Below are positions 26,501 to 40,063 of a stretch of DNA of 64,000 nucleotides, one piece after another. Origin of the DNA: Tubulanus polymorphus (taxonomy: Eukaryota > Animalia > Nemertea); assembly GCF_964204645.1 (NCBI RefSeq), contig NC_134035.1, forward strand, positions 6,324,001-6,388,000, in the 5' to 3' direction. Every line of letters starts with the position of its first letter. Position 1 is the stretch's first letter. Under the pieces are notes generated by a model that was not told the DNA's origin, did not search any database, and worked only from the letters and a program-made list of their open reading frames with translations. A program made the translations under genes and the position numbers.

Positions 26501-29500
26501 GTATGACTCTGCCTATGTAGGTGAACAATGTCCGCTTTGTCTCTTACTCAGCGGTTGTCGAGTAAACTTGAGATCGACATTTTTTCAGCCGCTTCGTGTA
26601 TACATGAACAAATATAAAGGATTTATAATCAACATATACGAAGACGTGTTAGGAACAAAGCTATGTATTTTTCGTCGTAAAAAGTCGAGCGGAGGCTTTG
26701 TTCGCGCGACACGAACCAGAAGAAGACTAGTGAACGTTTGCTTAAAATTCCGGCGCCCGTTTCAACAACGCATATCGTCTGTATACCGTGTACGACAATT
26801 GAATCAAACTTTAATAATTACGAAATAGGTCCAAATTCTACAATTGCTTCTCCCGTAAATAAACATTAATCGGCCAAAGAACAGTGAATCTATTGTAAAC
26901 CGATAATTACACTGTATGTGAGACACTGTGGCTTCATATTCGAATATATTTGTTTGTCTAAGAGCGTGAAGCCTTATTACGCGTCGTGCTGTGTAAATAT
27001 ATCAAGTGACGATTGTCGTAGTTTCACACGAACTCAAGTGTCCAGTATTTGCTTACGTTAATTCGGTATATAATTGTAACGTGTACATATTATCTTTGAA
27101 GGAGGCTATTTTCTTGTAGACGTGTTTCTTCTGCTTTGTTTCCGACCGCGTGAATAACGAAATCGTCTCCCGTGTATTCGCACCCGTTTTAGTTCTACAA
27201 ACAGTAGACGACCCGAACCTGAATACATCTTAAACGCGCGTGCAAATATGAAATCAAATTGGAATTTAGTATCCACCGCACTCAGTATTTTCATTGTCAA
27301 AATGATGAGTGAAATCTCGTGATCAAGAGAAAGTGCATGCTACGTACACAGAAACCACACGCGGAGATTTTGTGATGTTTTAACATTTTTCGAATAGTTA
27401 TTGTTATTCATTGTCATTTGAATATATATCAAAATTTCGATAGTTCGATATATCTAAAATTTACTCTCAATGATTGCCATTTTGACGACAGTTCGGTATT
27501 TGATTTTGGGCAATCTTGATAATTGCATTGTGTTCTTTTCAACGAACATAATGTCGACCCCCATCCTGTGCGCGTTCTGAATGCAATCTACATAACAGAG
27601 ATTCAAGTCGTGACCTTTTCGACCAAGAAGATTCGAGAAGAGATTACTAAATTGTGGTTACAAAAAAACCTCCGAATGCTAGTTTGTAATTACTGTAAAT
27701 CAGGCTTTTCATCACTAATCGAATTTTTTAAAACTCGGAAATCAGTTCTCAATAGGGGCTTAATAGAACAATGTCTATATCCGACGGAAGGAACGTCAAG
27801 ATCTGGTGATATTATTGTGTCTTCAGCGGGAGATAACATCGGTCCGGGTCAAAGCCGCCAAACTGTTGCGCTCAAAGAATGTTTGATTTTATAAAGGGGC
27901 ATAATTCGGGTTGGAATTCGCTGTAGCATTCATTCAGCACCCGTTAAGCTTTATCCCTGAAGCTACGCGTTAGAAATACATTGTAATAGCCTTAATCATT
28001 ATTTGATTGTTCCACTTGAAATTCCTGAACATAAGACCAAAGTGTTCGGCATTTCAATGCATGAATAAAGGCGTTTTTAGGTTTCGACAGCTTTCTCGAA
28101 CTTATTGGCCAAATCTTCTTCCGTATCCAAGGGTAGTTATTAGTTCCCCGATGGGTGCTATAGGCTCACTCAGTCGGCGCTCTGTACAAATAGCTTTATG
28201 CTGACCGTATGGACCACGTGAACTGTCCGAAATATCGTTATTGTCCACTCGAATAGCCACCAAATAGTAACATATGGTGCCGGGTTTTTAAATTAGGGAG
28301 GTAAGAGGCACCACTTGGTGATAGGATGTAGAAGAGTTTTAATGCTGATTGCTCGCTACAATATTGCTCTGAAATGAAGCCAATCATTTTTCTGAATAGT
28401 CGATACACAGCGAACTGGGCCTTATTCGGTTTTAGGGATGTGAATAATTATAACATCGAGTTGACAATGGAGGAAAAACGAGCAAACTTCACTGAATCGT
28501 GGGTGGTTTATCGAGTAAGATTGGTCACTCTTCAGGAGCTTCGATATTGTATTTTGCTCTGGACGTTGTTAGTGCCTTTGCTAAGAACTTGTGGATATTT
28601 TTTATCTTAAAAAGCTCTGTTGAAGACGCAAAGGTGGTTTGCTGATCATTTTTGATCTACTGAATCGCCGCAAAAATTCGGACGAAGGTGGTGGTGCTGT
28701 AGTGATTACCGTTGGGGAGATGTGTAGATGCATCGATGCATCTCTCAGGTTCTCGCTGTGATTGCGTTCTCTGAATGGATCATCACGCGTTTCAAAGCGG
28801 ATAAACCGAACCACCCTCTTCACGCACACAGTGACAGACGGCGTTAAGACAACGTGTCGCTAAGCAAGCGGTTAATTTTTGATGCCATCAGCCTCTGAAA
28901 GACTATTATTAGCGACCTTCCCGCGGGGAGGTTTAATCATCATTCCGTCTGGCACCACATCCGCGGCTGCGCTGTTGTTGTTAGTGAAGATGATTGGATG
29001 GACGACAGGTGGTCACCGTTTCCGCTTCGGACGACAACAGCAGCAGCAGCAAAATTGGGTGACATGTCCATTATGTGTATAACCCGGTCAAAATGTTAAA
29101 CATGTTTCCACGTGGCTTACGTCCAATGATTAGTATTTGATAACATGATTACTTAGAGGTAGACTATTTGAATTGTACTAACTCGGAACACCATAGGACC
29201 GGGTCCTTATGATAGAGATTGAATTGAACTCGCTTCTCTCTCTGGTTACTTGCCATTCACGCAACACGTCTAAGACTAAATTAGACTACCCCATAGCGTC
29301 AGTTGGAAATTAGATTCAAATATAGAAATAGTCAATTATGCTAATACCAAAATGATTTACTACATTTCACAAGCTTGTTAACCTCAGGCGCTCAACTACG
29401 CAATTATAAAATATAATCGAGATAACCGTTTTAACGTGTGGTTAATATTGTATTCGGTTTTTTAATATTTGAGGGTGGAGACAGCGGTGTTATCTGACTT

Positions 29501-32120
29501 CGATTTTAATCGCAGGCAGTACCGGTTTTGTTGACGAAAATGAGAATTGTTGAATTCAAATTCAAACTGAGAATAACAATACGGTTTCTATACGAATAAC
29601 TAAACGTGACATTATCGGATGTGATACCGCTACAGCGTGTCACATTATGTAACAATGAAAACTAAATTTCCGATAGTATGGACTGTATATAGTCCACGCT
29701 TGGTACACACAAATCCCTGCAAAATATGATGAAAGCAATATCCCTAATAAGAGTTTATTGACACCACTTTTTTGACGTTTTGGCTTAAATTTTGATGAAT
29801 AGATTTTTACATTTTAAATTTTTAATCATTTCTAAACTTTTAAAATTTCTATGTAGTTTTATTCTTGTTAACTATTTTCCACGTCTCAGCGTGGTTATTC
29901 TATACGATACTGTCCACCGATGGCTGTTAGAAAAAGCTAACGCTTTAGGGGTCAATTAACTCTTGTAATTAGCAGTCTTGATACTTCCGTATACAGCGAC
30001 AACTGTACGCGCAGTTCTCATCTAGTCATGTCGTCAAAGTATCGTTGAAACCGATATCCCATGTAACCGGCGGGCTAAACAAAACACACCACCATATTTA
30101 CTGCTCGTACTAATATAGCCTATATATTGCGGATATACCTTTATAGGGAAAATATATATGTTTGTACATCGAAAAATGCACTTCATTCGACTGCGCGCCT
30201 AATGGATTGTGTTCTTCAAACCTCGCGACATCTCCAGTGAAGTCGACGAAAATGAAAAAAAAGTAAATTCGTCGCAGTTTAAACGAAAGCCAATTACAGA
30301 TATGAGGTGAAATGGATTACTCGTTTTCCGATAAAGCTTGTTTATTTCGAGTGCTCGCGGGTATAGTTCGATGATGCGTATAAATCTAAGTTCATAGCTC
30401 AAACGATTGCAACATGTTTTTATATTATGCCGCGATTTTATCAAAGACGACGATGGCAACAGATGTAAGAAAAGAGTATTTAATACAGCGTATACTTGTT
30501 ACTCCAAAACCGATCGAATTCGATCACACACATAGACTATATACCTCAAAATTTACACAACGCGGCATGCAATGTTAAAAGGTTATTGGTATCAATGTCA
30601 GTGGTTCTGATTTATGAAAATCTACCTCGCCAAAGGACAAAATCTTACACAAATTAGGACCCAACGTATGATACGAGTGAGCGTTGAGCTTATCGGGATG
30701 AAACTAGTCACTAACGGGTCAACTAGTTCTAGTCCAGAGGAGATCGGATGGATATTTGAATGAGACCCGGATTCGAATCCTTCAATGGGAGCGCGCGCGT
30801 ATATTTCTTCCTATACATTCATATGGGGGTAAAGATCATTACTCGTTGAATTCACATAGACGCCTATAGGAGATTGTATCGTCGTCATAATAACAGTCTT
30901 TGTTTGATTAATCATCCGCAATTATCTATTGTCATCTTGATTGCGCCGCCTGCTGTAATTTCAAGCTCGTAAATACGAATATGTTTTCCATTGAACGATG
31001 TTTTAATTAAACGTATCGCATTCACCTAGATATTCGTGCACGCATTCGATGCCCATTATCTCCATACGAGAAAAACTCGCCGCATAAAGAATCGTCGACT
31101 CACAGAGCCGACCGGGCTTTGAGAACCGTATACCACGTGAATCACAAAAGCATTGTTGCGCGTTTTTTCATGTAATGTTTTTTTTACTTTTCTAATTCGC
31201 CCCGGAGAAAGAGGAAAATGAGTCATTTTACTAGTTTCAAACAACCACGAACGACGCACGCTATGCTATAATACATGACAACAACGTGATGACTGATTTA
31301 ATAATATTCCTGCAATACGACGATGATTAGACGCACTCTGCGTTTGAAACAATGGGCATCATTTTTTGTAAAATCATTTGGTTTTGATGTACAGATTATG
31401 AGGGCGTACTGAATGAGAAACTGCTCATTTGGTCGCCACTTTCGTGAGTTCTCTTTGCTTTCGTTACGTGACCATTGAGATGACATTGCGCAATGAAGCA
31501 GCCGGAACTGGTGTCTGGTGTCTATGTGTGTGACTCGATTTGACCTGACGAACTTTACACCGCCATAAATGATTCACAGCGATCAATTTAATATGCATTT
31601 CTCAAAATATTCTGTTTATGGGGTTGGTAACGCTTTCATAACTACGAGTCCAATTCCCCCTCCCCCATATTGCCCTATATTGTAGTGCCAAGTAAAACCC
31701 AAGTGAACGTTATGTTAGGACGATGAATTTGGTTAGATTTGGGTCCATAATTCTAATTCATGCGCATAAGCCTATGCATGTATACAAGCTTTGTACATTT
31801 AGCCAGCAAATTTTATTCCGGTAGCAATTTATATGTATGTACGCTTTAAAGCGTGATGATGTCGAAGACGCCCTAAAATTTCATGTTTGTCGAGGAACAA
31901 ATCAATTTGTCGTTGTTGACAAAATAGTTAACAAACAATCGCCTCTGGCAGGTGATGGGAACTCGGCGCGGTGGTATAGATCAATCTAGTAAACATCAAC
32001 CTTACACAATTACTGATGCTGAATGGGCATTATTATAACTGAACTAATGGTTATACCTGAATATGAAACAATACACATACATTGCATTCTATCGCACTTC
32101 AACAGTTCCAATGACAGGGT

Positions 32121-32200
32121 GGGCCCAGGTTTGACTCTATAGTTTTAACTAATTGCAAATGAACTAATTACACTCGTATATAGAGTCAAACTTAACGGAC
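32121..32200. mobile_element. Internally deleted copy of MITE family A
   Basis: Perfect 13-bp inverted repeat GTTTGACTCTATA...TATAGAGTCAAAC. The central ATTGCAAATGAACTAATT matches the reverse complement of the 20977 element's core. Confidence 0.6.
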
Positions 32201-33818
32201 CAATTACTATGCTTTCTGAGTGATGATAATTTGAGCTACTTACCTAAAATGGCGTGGGTATTCCCAAAGAATCTATCAGGTTGCCCCGTGTTTGTAGTCA
32301 TGTTTTCGGAGTAGTTGAATATTTCTACATATGGATATACAAGGTATATTATATTGTACGAGTATTCCGCAAGTATTCGGGTGACCAGTCGAAACTCAGT
32401 CTTAATCCGTAAATGTTCCACCGAGTGAAACTTCTAAAACAACACAAACAAGAGATATATGTAATCCAGACCCAGTTAGAAATTCAATCGTACTTTGCCT
32501 ACTAGATTATGTATAAATAATCCTTAAGTTTTCGATGATGTATATACCTAGACCAAGCCGTCACGTTGACTCGTTGAGGACCGACCTAACAACTGGAATT
32601 CCATGACTCGTCGACGCGTTCTTATACGCTTTTGTTCATTCTAATGCGATACATTGAAACTAAATTCCAATTCTATGCGCGGCGCAAAAGCTTTTTCATT
32701 CATTGGTTTATTGACGATCATAGCGCGATGGGTATTGTTCATTTCTGGTCGCACCGCGCGCTCTCCCTCTCTCTCGTCTGCTCTCATATTCTGTTATGAA
32801 GCTGCATCTTTTCTATTCGTCGCGATATATAGTCGCGTATCACCAGGCGGCGGGACATGACGTCAACTCGCGACGAGTCAGCCATCACGGCTGTATCGTA
32901 GTTGTGTGCCTGGGAGTTGGTATCAGGAAGCTGAATTTCTGCGTAGAATTAATCGTTTATCCAGCGCGTTGACATTTTAACGTTGCCATTTTCTATCCGG
33001 AGAAATAAAAATCGTACACTCTACTTCGCAGAATTGAGTACCATCTCCTCGACTGGCTGTCATTGACGGCGGCCATAAAAAAACTATGGAATCTGCTTCG
33101 TCGAAACAAGTGCAACGATAGTCCCAGCCGTCAAACCGCAATGCGACAACTTGGCCATGAAGTAGAAAACTCCAATTCCGTGAACAGATTTCAATATGTC
33201 AAAGGTCTTCACTATATTTCATAGAATTTACATCTCTGATTGTTTTGTAGAGATTCTTTTCGATTCCTGTAATTCTTCATAGAATTCTATATCTTATTGA
33301 TTTGGTGGAATTTTCGTCGAATTAGTTCAATTTATATATTCAAAAGACAAATCTCAAATGTAAAGGAACCTTTCACAATCGAAGGTGAAAACAAACGGAG
33401 GTATCATATCGTTTCGAATCAAATACAATGTGAGCAACTTTCCAAAGTGGTTTGTTACCAAAATCGCTTTATCGCATTCGGAATCGAACGCATGTGTTTC
33501 TGAGGAAAAGAGAAACAGACGAATTATGAATACACTTACGATTAATTCATCTGGCATACGGCGTTGGAATACTACACTAAATAAAACGTGAAATGAAATA
33601 CACTAGATGTAGCCGCAAAAAACAGTGATAACGGGTTTTCTGCCTTGCCGATTTAGATAAATGCTCTCACTATGAAGCATTCGATGTATCGTCGAGATGA
33701 GTCTACCGATTCAAAAATACTGTCGCCAACTAGGCGTCAATAAATAGTTGGCCAACTAGGTATATGGATCAATATGGGCTATTGATGTATCAAATTGTAC
33801 CAAGATGTATTGATGTAC

Positions 33819-35876
33819 CATTTCAAATCCATGAATGAACGCCCAGCTTTAAATGGAAACGAACCTATATTAAATAACTTTGAGGATTTATTGGTAGTAA
33901 CTTTGACCACGGTCATTTGAATCAAACGTTCTCTAGGGAAGAAATCTCAAAATGTATCAAAAAGCAAACAAATTTCAAGGCTTGCGGTATCGATGGAATA
34001 CCGAATGAGTTCCTCAAAAAGGCCGAAGAATCACTTCTTCCTTTATTAGTAAACCTTTTTAATTATGCTCTCGATACAGGCACTATTCCAGAGTCATGGC
34101 TAAAAGGCATCATTGTCCCTTTCTTTAAACAAAAAGGTAGCAAAAAGGACCCCGATAATTATAGGGAAGTCACCCTTTAAGCAATATTGGCAAGCTATTC
34201 GCTAGCATTATCAACGAAAGAATTACCGATATACAATATTTCTGATAATGAAATGTCAGATTTTTTCGATAGCTATTTAGGGGTAAGACAAGGTGAAAAG
34301 CTATCTCCTTTGTTTTCTATCTTTTTAAACGACCTGGAAAGCTATCTTTAGAACGAAATAGTCCAACTTTAGATTTTTTTCGGACCTAACAATGTGCCTT
34401 GGTTCAAACTTTTAATTCTCATGCATGCAGATGAAACGGTTTTATTAAGTGATTCGCTCGAGGGACTCCAAAAAACTAATAGGTAATCTCTGTGAATATT
34501 GCCAAGAATGGAAACTTTCAATTAAAGATGACAAGACAAATGTCATCATCCTCTCGAAAAGAAGATTAAGAATCCTACCAGAATTTTGCATTAATAGGCA
34601 CAAATTAGAAATAGTTGATATGTTCAAGTACCTGGTGTTCTCTTTTCATACACTGGATCGTTCACACAATGTCGTAAACTCTTTCGGAACAAGCTATGAA
34701 AGCGGTATTTTTTGTATCAAATAAGTCAAGTGAACATTCATTAGACCTAGATCTGACCTTGAGACTTTATGACAGTAAGGTATTAACAATATTGCTGTTT
34801 GGCCTTGACATTTGGAGAGATGAGAACACACAGGTACTCGAGCGTGTTAGATACAATTCTTTAAATATCTACTCTGATTGAAAAGGTCCACGTCTAGTGT
34901 ATTTATTTACGCTAAGCTTGGGTGCTATCCTTTAGAGATTTTTGTTAAAATGAGAATCGTTACATTTTGGACAAAATTGATTTCACCGACTGAACATTTT
35001 TCTTCTTTTATGTACAAATATATTTATCAAACGCACCACGGTGGTCGGAGTAACGCTTGGATTCTTAATGTCAAAAATTTTCTTGTAAAAAATGGCCTCG
35101 ACCACGTTTGGGAAACACTGTACTTAGTGCTAATTATCTTTATAGTATTTTGAAACAGAGACTCATGGATCAGTAGGCACAAGGCTGGCACTCCAAGGTC
35201 AACGAATCACCAATTTCCTCAACCTACAGGCGATTTAAAAATCGTTTTAAATTTGAAGAGTACCTGACCAAACTACCCCCTAGTCTCCGCCTAGCCTTGT
35301 GTCGATTCAGATGCTCGAACCATAAGTTACCTATTGAAGTCGGTAGATATCGCCAGATTGAGCAAAACCATAGAATTTGTCAGGAATGTAATTTGGCAGC
35401 AACTGGAGACGAATTCCATTTTCTATTATTATGTCCCTTTTTCAAAGCCTGCGAAGCAAATTTATACCTAGTTGCTACTGGCGGCATCCCAATTAAAATA
35501 CCCTACATAACCTTTTCTGTTCAAGTGGTAAAACTTTGCTCAATCTAGCGATATTCATCAAAAAGGTATCAAATTATTTACTTAATATAGTGTATGAATA
35601 TCGGATTTCGATACTACAATTCCGCTTCATTTTCATCATCATTTGCATCATAATTCAATTATAATTATTATCATTGTTATTAATATTATATTATTATTAT
35701 CACTATTATTATTATTTTTTTATTATTATCATAATTGTCATTATTATCATTATAATTATTAATAATACTATCATTGTATTTTTGTAATATGCTGTAATTT
35801 ATGCGTTATTTTTGTGCTCTGTGCAATGTTATCATAACTTGTGGAGTGTATAAACTAAACTGAAACTTAAACTGAA
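33819..35876 (+). mobile_element. 5'-truncated, decayed non-LTR retrotransposon (LINE; RT plus C-terminal Cys/His motif; RTE-X/CR1-like group)
   Basis: Frameshifted ORF2 fragments run in colinear order: HFKSMN (33819), KACGIDGIPNEFLK...LFN...G.IP..W..GIIVP.FKQKGSKKDPDNYR, GVRQGEKLSP..SIFLND, HADETVL (degenerate YADD, 34424-34435), YCQEWKL, AKLGCYPL, and RFRCSNHKLPIEVGRY...RICQEC...GDEFHFLLLC. These are followed by an (ATT)-rich 3' UTR and an AAACT(G/A)-type repeat tail at 35850-35876. There is no endonuclease domain, and an internal deletion lies near 34230. The clade assignment is inferred from motif recall. Confidence 0.93.
35633..35775. repeat. Degenerate (ATT/ATC)n tract inside the LINE 3' UTR
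   Basis: A low-complexity attatt/atcatt run lies between the ORF2 end and the LINE tail. Confidence 0.85.
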
Positions 35877-38380
35877 TTCAGTTACATTGCTCTGAGGAAA
35901 ATGAATATACGGTGCGTTCAATGCGTAGTCCCATGGCGGTAGTTGTGTGAACTTAGTTATATTGTTGCATATATACCAAGTACTCAATTACATGCAAAAA
36001 ACTGATACTGAATTGGATTTTTGAAGATTTAGTGAATATTTCCGGAACTTACAAAACCGATTGAACCGATTTCTATCTTAACAGATTTACCAACCCGAAA
36101 AGGCGCCTTTTAATTTCGAATTTATATCATTCCAAGTCAATCAAATCGATTCACGTGACATCGCTATACACGGTTTACACTCACGAGTTGTGCGTTTTAT
36201 ACTTGGACCCCGGTTCCACAGATGTCGGTTAACTTAATTTACACGGTTTATCTCTCAAATATCAGAGACTGTTGAAGTTGTAAAGGGAACAAAATCGCGG
36301 GGAACTTTTTTGTCAATCTGTTTTCTTTCCCTCATGTCATTCAACATTACATTGATGCCGTTATTTACTGTCTTTTCGATGCCGTGTTTTTGTGTTGTGT
36401 GTTTTTGAAGTCGGGAATGAATCAATAGCAGAGAGAGACACGATGTCTGCTTTCATTGTTTTTTGCAGAGCGCGCAGATAAATTTCATCCGGATTTTGTT
36501 TAAGTACTAGGGCTAATCACGGCTTAATTGATAAGATCGTTTACTGCTTCGATTAATAGTGGATCTGACTAAGTTAAATAAAAGCATTCTCATACACGTA
36601 TCATAGACACAATGACAGCCAGAATGGCCACTGATTCTTAAAAGTACGGCTAAAAATGATTTCTAGATCACATCCTCCACTGCTGGAACTAGTCTAGGCT
36701 TATGTTGGTTCTATAATCAATCTAACACAACAGTCAGTCCAGGCCATTTTGCTCATTGTAATAACTAAACTAGGAAACAGTTTTGTGATTTATACACCAA
36801 TTTTGGACCTCAGCCAAGACTGATAAACTGGGCACTGATACATAATCTATAACTTTCCATGATTCCCTATTTACCCCCAAAGACGTTATTTGAATTTGAG
36901 GTACCAACCAAACAACGAAAAGAATCCCCCGCGCGTATTTTACTCTTGCAGGGAGGCGATGTGTATTTCATTATGAATACCATCAAAGGTGAACGATATC
37001 AATTTTGCGGAATTCATTAAGTTCAATGAGAATGTTTTCATCTCTCAGCAGCAACGGTGATTGCTGGTCTTCTTTTTTCAGCGCGAAGATCATGGAATAC
37101 ATTTCCACTTGTTCGGTTCGTTCGAGCGTTAAATAATCAGCCTTGCATTAAATTTCGAATCAAAACTTCTTTTATTCAAATCAATCCACGGAAGAATAGA
37201 CAGCGTAGTAGAAACATAATGGATGCGATTCCTGTTCACTTCATCAACCATTGAGCAGACGATCGGATAAAGTGGCTCCACGTGGTGAACATGTCTCGAA
37301 CAAACGCGTGGCGATTGGCACTGATGCGGACCACGCTAACACTGCCCCGTTCCTCATCAGCTGCACTCTGTATCCCTCAGCTGAGACTCTGCATCTACCA
37401 GCTAAGACATTCTACCGACACATTCACACATTGGTAGATATCTGAAGGGGTGGTTCCGGGTTGTAGATTGATATCTACATGCATGGATGAAAGTGATAGC
37501 ATAGCAACACGCATTTTGCTATTACAAAAAAAAATCTCCCACACGATTCAGTGATAATAGTGAATGGAACCTCCCTAATAAAACACGCGCCGTATCAAAC
37601 TGACGGCCAAATTCATCTATTTTCTATATTTACGCTCAGTTGCTTTGTCTAGGTCACCGATAATAATAATATTACCGACAACAGTAATTTCGACGGGTGG
37701 TTGAAACGGTGGTCCAATTCTCTCTTTGATTACTGTGTGATGCAGGATTTAGTTTTATTGATGGACGTCGTTGTCACGACGATAAACGCTTCAAGTCGCT
37801 GTTACCACAATTTGCGCAACTGACCGCGAGAGAAGAAAGACGCAATCATCAGTTGTTTCTGATAGCTGTTTCCATGGAGCTGTGATGAAAGCGCTACGCG
37901 TTCCTGCAAAATTTGTGTTCATGGGATAAAGAATATTTCTATAGCGTATACCAATTCAACCAAAAACACGTGTCCTTGCTTCTATTTTCATTGACCATGG
38001 ATGATAAGTCCTAGCGATGTTGTCCAAAATGGGACGATACATTTCGAGACTTGTCTTCACTTGAAAAAGTGGTGAATCCAGGGGAGATGGGTGCACAGGG
38101 AGGAGTCATAAAACTCTTTCGAAATTACGGCCATTTTCTCGTTTGTGTCCGAACGCTCCTAAACGCTTTCAAATCTGTATTTCTAAGCTTGAAACAGACG
38201 TAATTCGATGCTCTGGTAGCCGCTCTAATACCGTTTCTGTTTTAATTCTAATTTTGGATTAGAATTTGCATCTAAACATGCATTATACGTATGAGAGATT
38301 ATGTTGTGAATATTTCGTGTGATTGTGTTGTGTGATTATTTTGTTGTATGGCTGTGAAAACTTGGGTTCGGGAAGGGTTT

Positions 38381-38508
38381 AGGGGCCAGTTTCTTACAAG
38401 CTTCGGCTCTCTACTGTTCCCTCATCTCTATTTCTATTATATTTTCATGTAATGTGAAATAAATCCACTTATTTATTTATTCATTTATTCACTTATCTAT
38501 TCACTTAT
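38381..38508 (+). mobile_element. LINE/SINE-type 3' terminus: stem-loop, AATAAA and simple-repeat tail
   Basis: AGGGGCCAGT (38381-38390) pairs with ACTGTTCCCT (38413-38422) and encloses AGC-TTCG-GCT. AATAAA follows at 38458-38463, then a TTAT/TCACTTAT-type tail. This resembles L2/CR1-group 3' ends, judged from recall. Confidence 0.5.
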
Positions 38509-38657
38509 ATTGAAATATGTATTCATGTATATCAGTGTATTACCAGTAATAATGATTTTACATTATATGTAACTGAAATTGTAAAGCAAAATTAAGATGA
38601 TGATATATGATATGATATTGTAGACCCTCTGATTAGCAACACAGGTTGTCTAGTTGA

Positions 38658-39085
38658 CCGTTGTTTTTCCAAGAACATAGCTTTTGTTTTGGCTATGTTA
38701 ATGATTAATTTCCAGGTATCGCAGTATTCTACAACTCGATTTAAATTGTTCTGCAGGCCTTGGGCGTATCAGGTAGCAGTATAGTGTCATCTGTATATGA
38801 TGAGAGGAGTAAATTGAACCAATGCTCTTCACCATCCTTTTCCAGTCAGAAAAAAATCCCTGGCAACCATTTTCATGTGAAGTTGACTCTAGGCCATTAA
38901 CATATATGACAAATTTTCTCCTTGTCGCAAGCCCACGAAGCTGTCAATGGACTTTTTCTCCTTTAACTGAGACCTTAGATTTTATATTGTCATACATTAT
39001 GTTTTACTCTCAAAATATTGCCGGTGATTCCTGTAAAATAACCTTATGCCACAGTGTTCTCCATATTGTCATATTGTGCTTTTTG
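38658..39085 (-). mobile_element. Heavily decayed internal LINE reverse-transcriptase fragment (not in ORF track)
   Basis: Manual minus-strand translation across frameshifts gives LWHKV..GITGNILRV..YDNIKSKVSVKGEK..DSFVGLRQGENLS (GLRQGENLS at 38907-38933)...WFNLLLSSYTDDTILL (YTDD at 38786-38797)..GLQNNLNRVVEYCDTWKLIINIAKTKAMF. These motifs are colinear with the RT of the other two LINEs. Confidence 0.88.
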
Positions 39086-39857
39086 GTGCTCGCTGTGTAG
39101 TTTGCTGTATTTCCCGATCTAGTGAAACTGCTTTAGTTCAACTAAATTCTATACATGCATTAAGTCGGAAGTCATTTGACATAACAATGAAACGTTTTTA
39201 TTACTTAAAATCAAAATAAAACCTTTGTCGATGAATATTATTCACCGTTACTATATCGTAAGGGCGAGCGTAGTTCACCCCTTCGCCGGCTTACCGTTCA
39301 CCTACTCGCGACCTTGCGACGCGGTGTCACGGATGCATTGGGTTAAGCGACTGCCAACTACACCAGTCGCAAATTCGCGTTCTGCGCGACCGTCTCTCCC
39401 AGTCGCAACAGAGACGCGATCTTTTTCCTGAGATGCAGGGATTCGAACCCCATATTAGTAATGAGATGAGATATAATGTTTTGAAATTAGTTTCATTGTA
39501 TTTATACGTCCATTTGTATTGTTGCTGCGACCAGCCTTCTAATCTCGACTAGTAAATAGCCTCGTATCAATGATGGAATGGAACCGGTCGGTAGGGATAC
39601 AAATTGCAGAAGAAACCAACGCGATTTGTTATTTTCGTTCTGAGTATTTAAAAACCGGCATTTCCCTTATTATCGCCAGGGACCCGAAACTTTCTATCTT
39701 AGCGTTGTTTGATGCCATTTTTAGTTACCACGTGACAACCAGAATCGCGGATCACGTCGACCTACGCGCTCTTGACTGACCGAAACTAGTCGCACACACC
39801 ATCGCTGACGATTTGATTCTGCAGCAATCGTAGGGTGGGGCTTGACTGCGATTCAGA

Positions 39858-40063
39858 CAAATCAATTCAAAAAACATTTATTGCTTCCTCGCCTGTAATG
39901 GAAAATAATCCACGCTTTGTTAATTTTTTTCCAATTCATAGCTATTCACATCCTGCCTCGGTATAGGGATTCAAACCTGATGGCACTGACAGCATTGTGG
40001 GATTTTTCTTCAACTTATATTCTTGTTGTCGGTGCGCTTACCGCTTGATCGAACCTCGCGGCC
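39858..40063 (-). mobile_element. tRNA-derived SINE (about 200 bp, degenerate)
   Basis: The minus strand begins GGCCGCGAGGT. It has an A-box-like TCGATCAAGCGG (40041-40052), a B-box-like GGTTTGAATCC (39967-39977), AATAAA (39877-39882), and a T-rich/GAATT tail. It does not form a full tRNA cloverleaf. Confidence 0.55.

Noticed and set aside
30766-30781. GGATTCGAATCC B-box-like palindrome
   Set aside because: No convincing A box, cloverleaf or tail, so it cannot be called a tRNA or SINE.
37185-37300. Frame reading ADDRIKWLHVVNMSR, reminiscent of RTE-clade ORF C-termini
   Set aside because: The similarity is too short and there are no upstream RT motifs.
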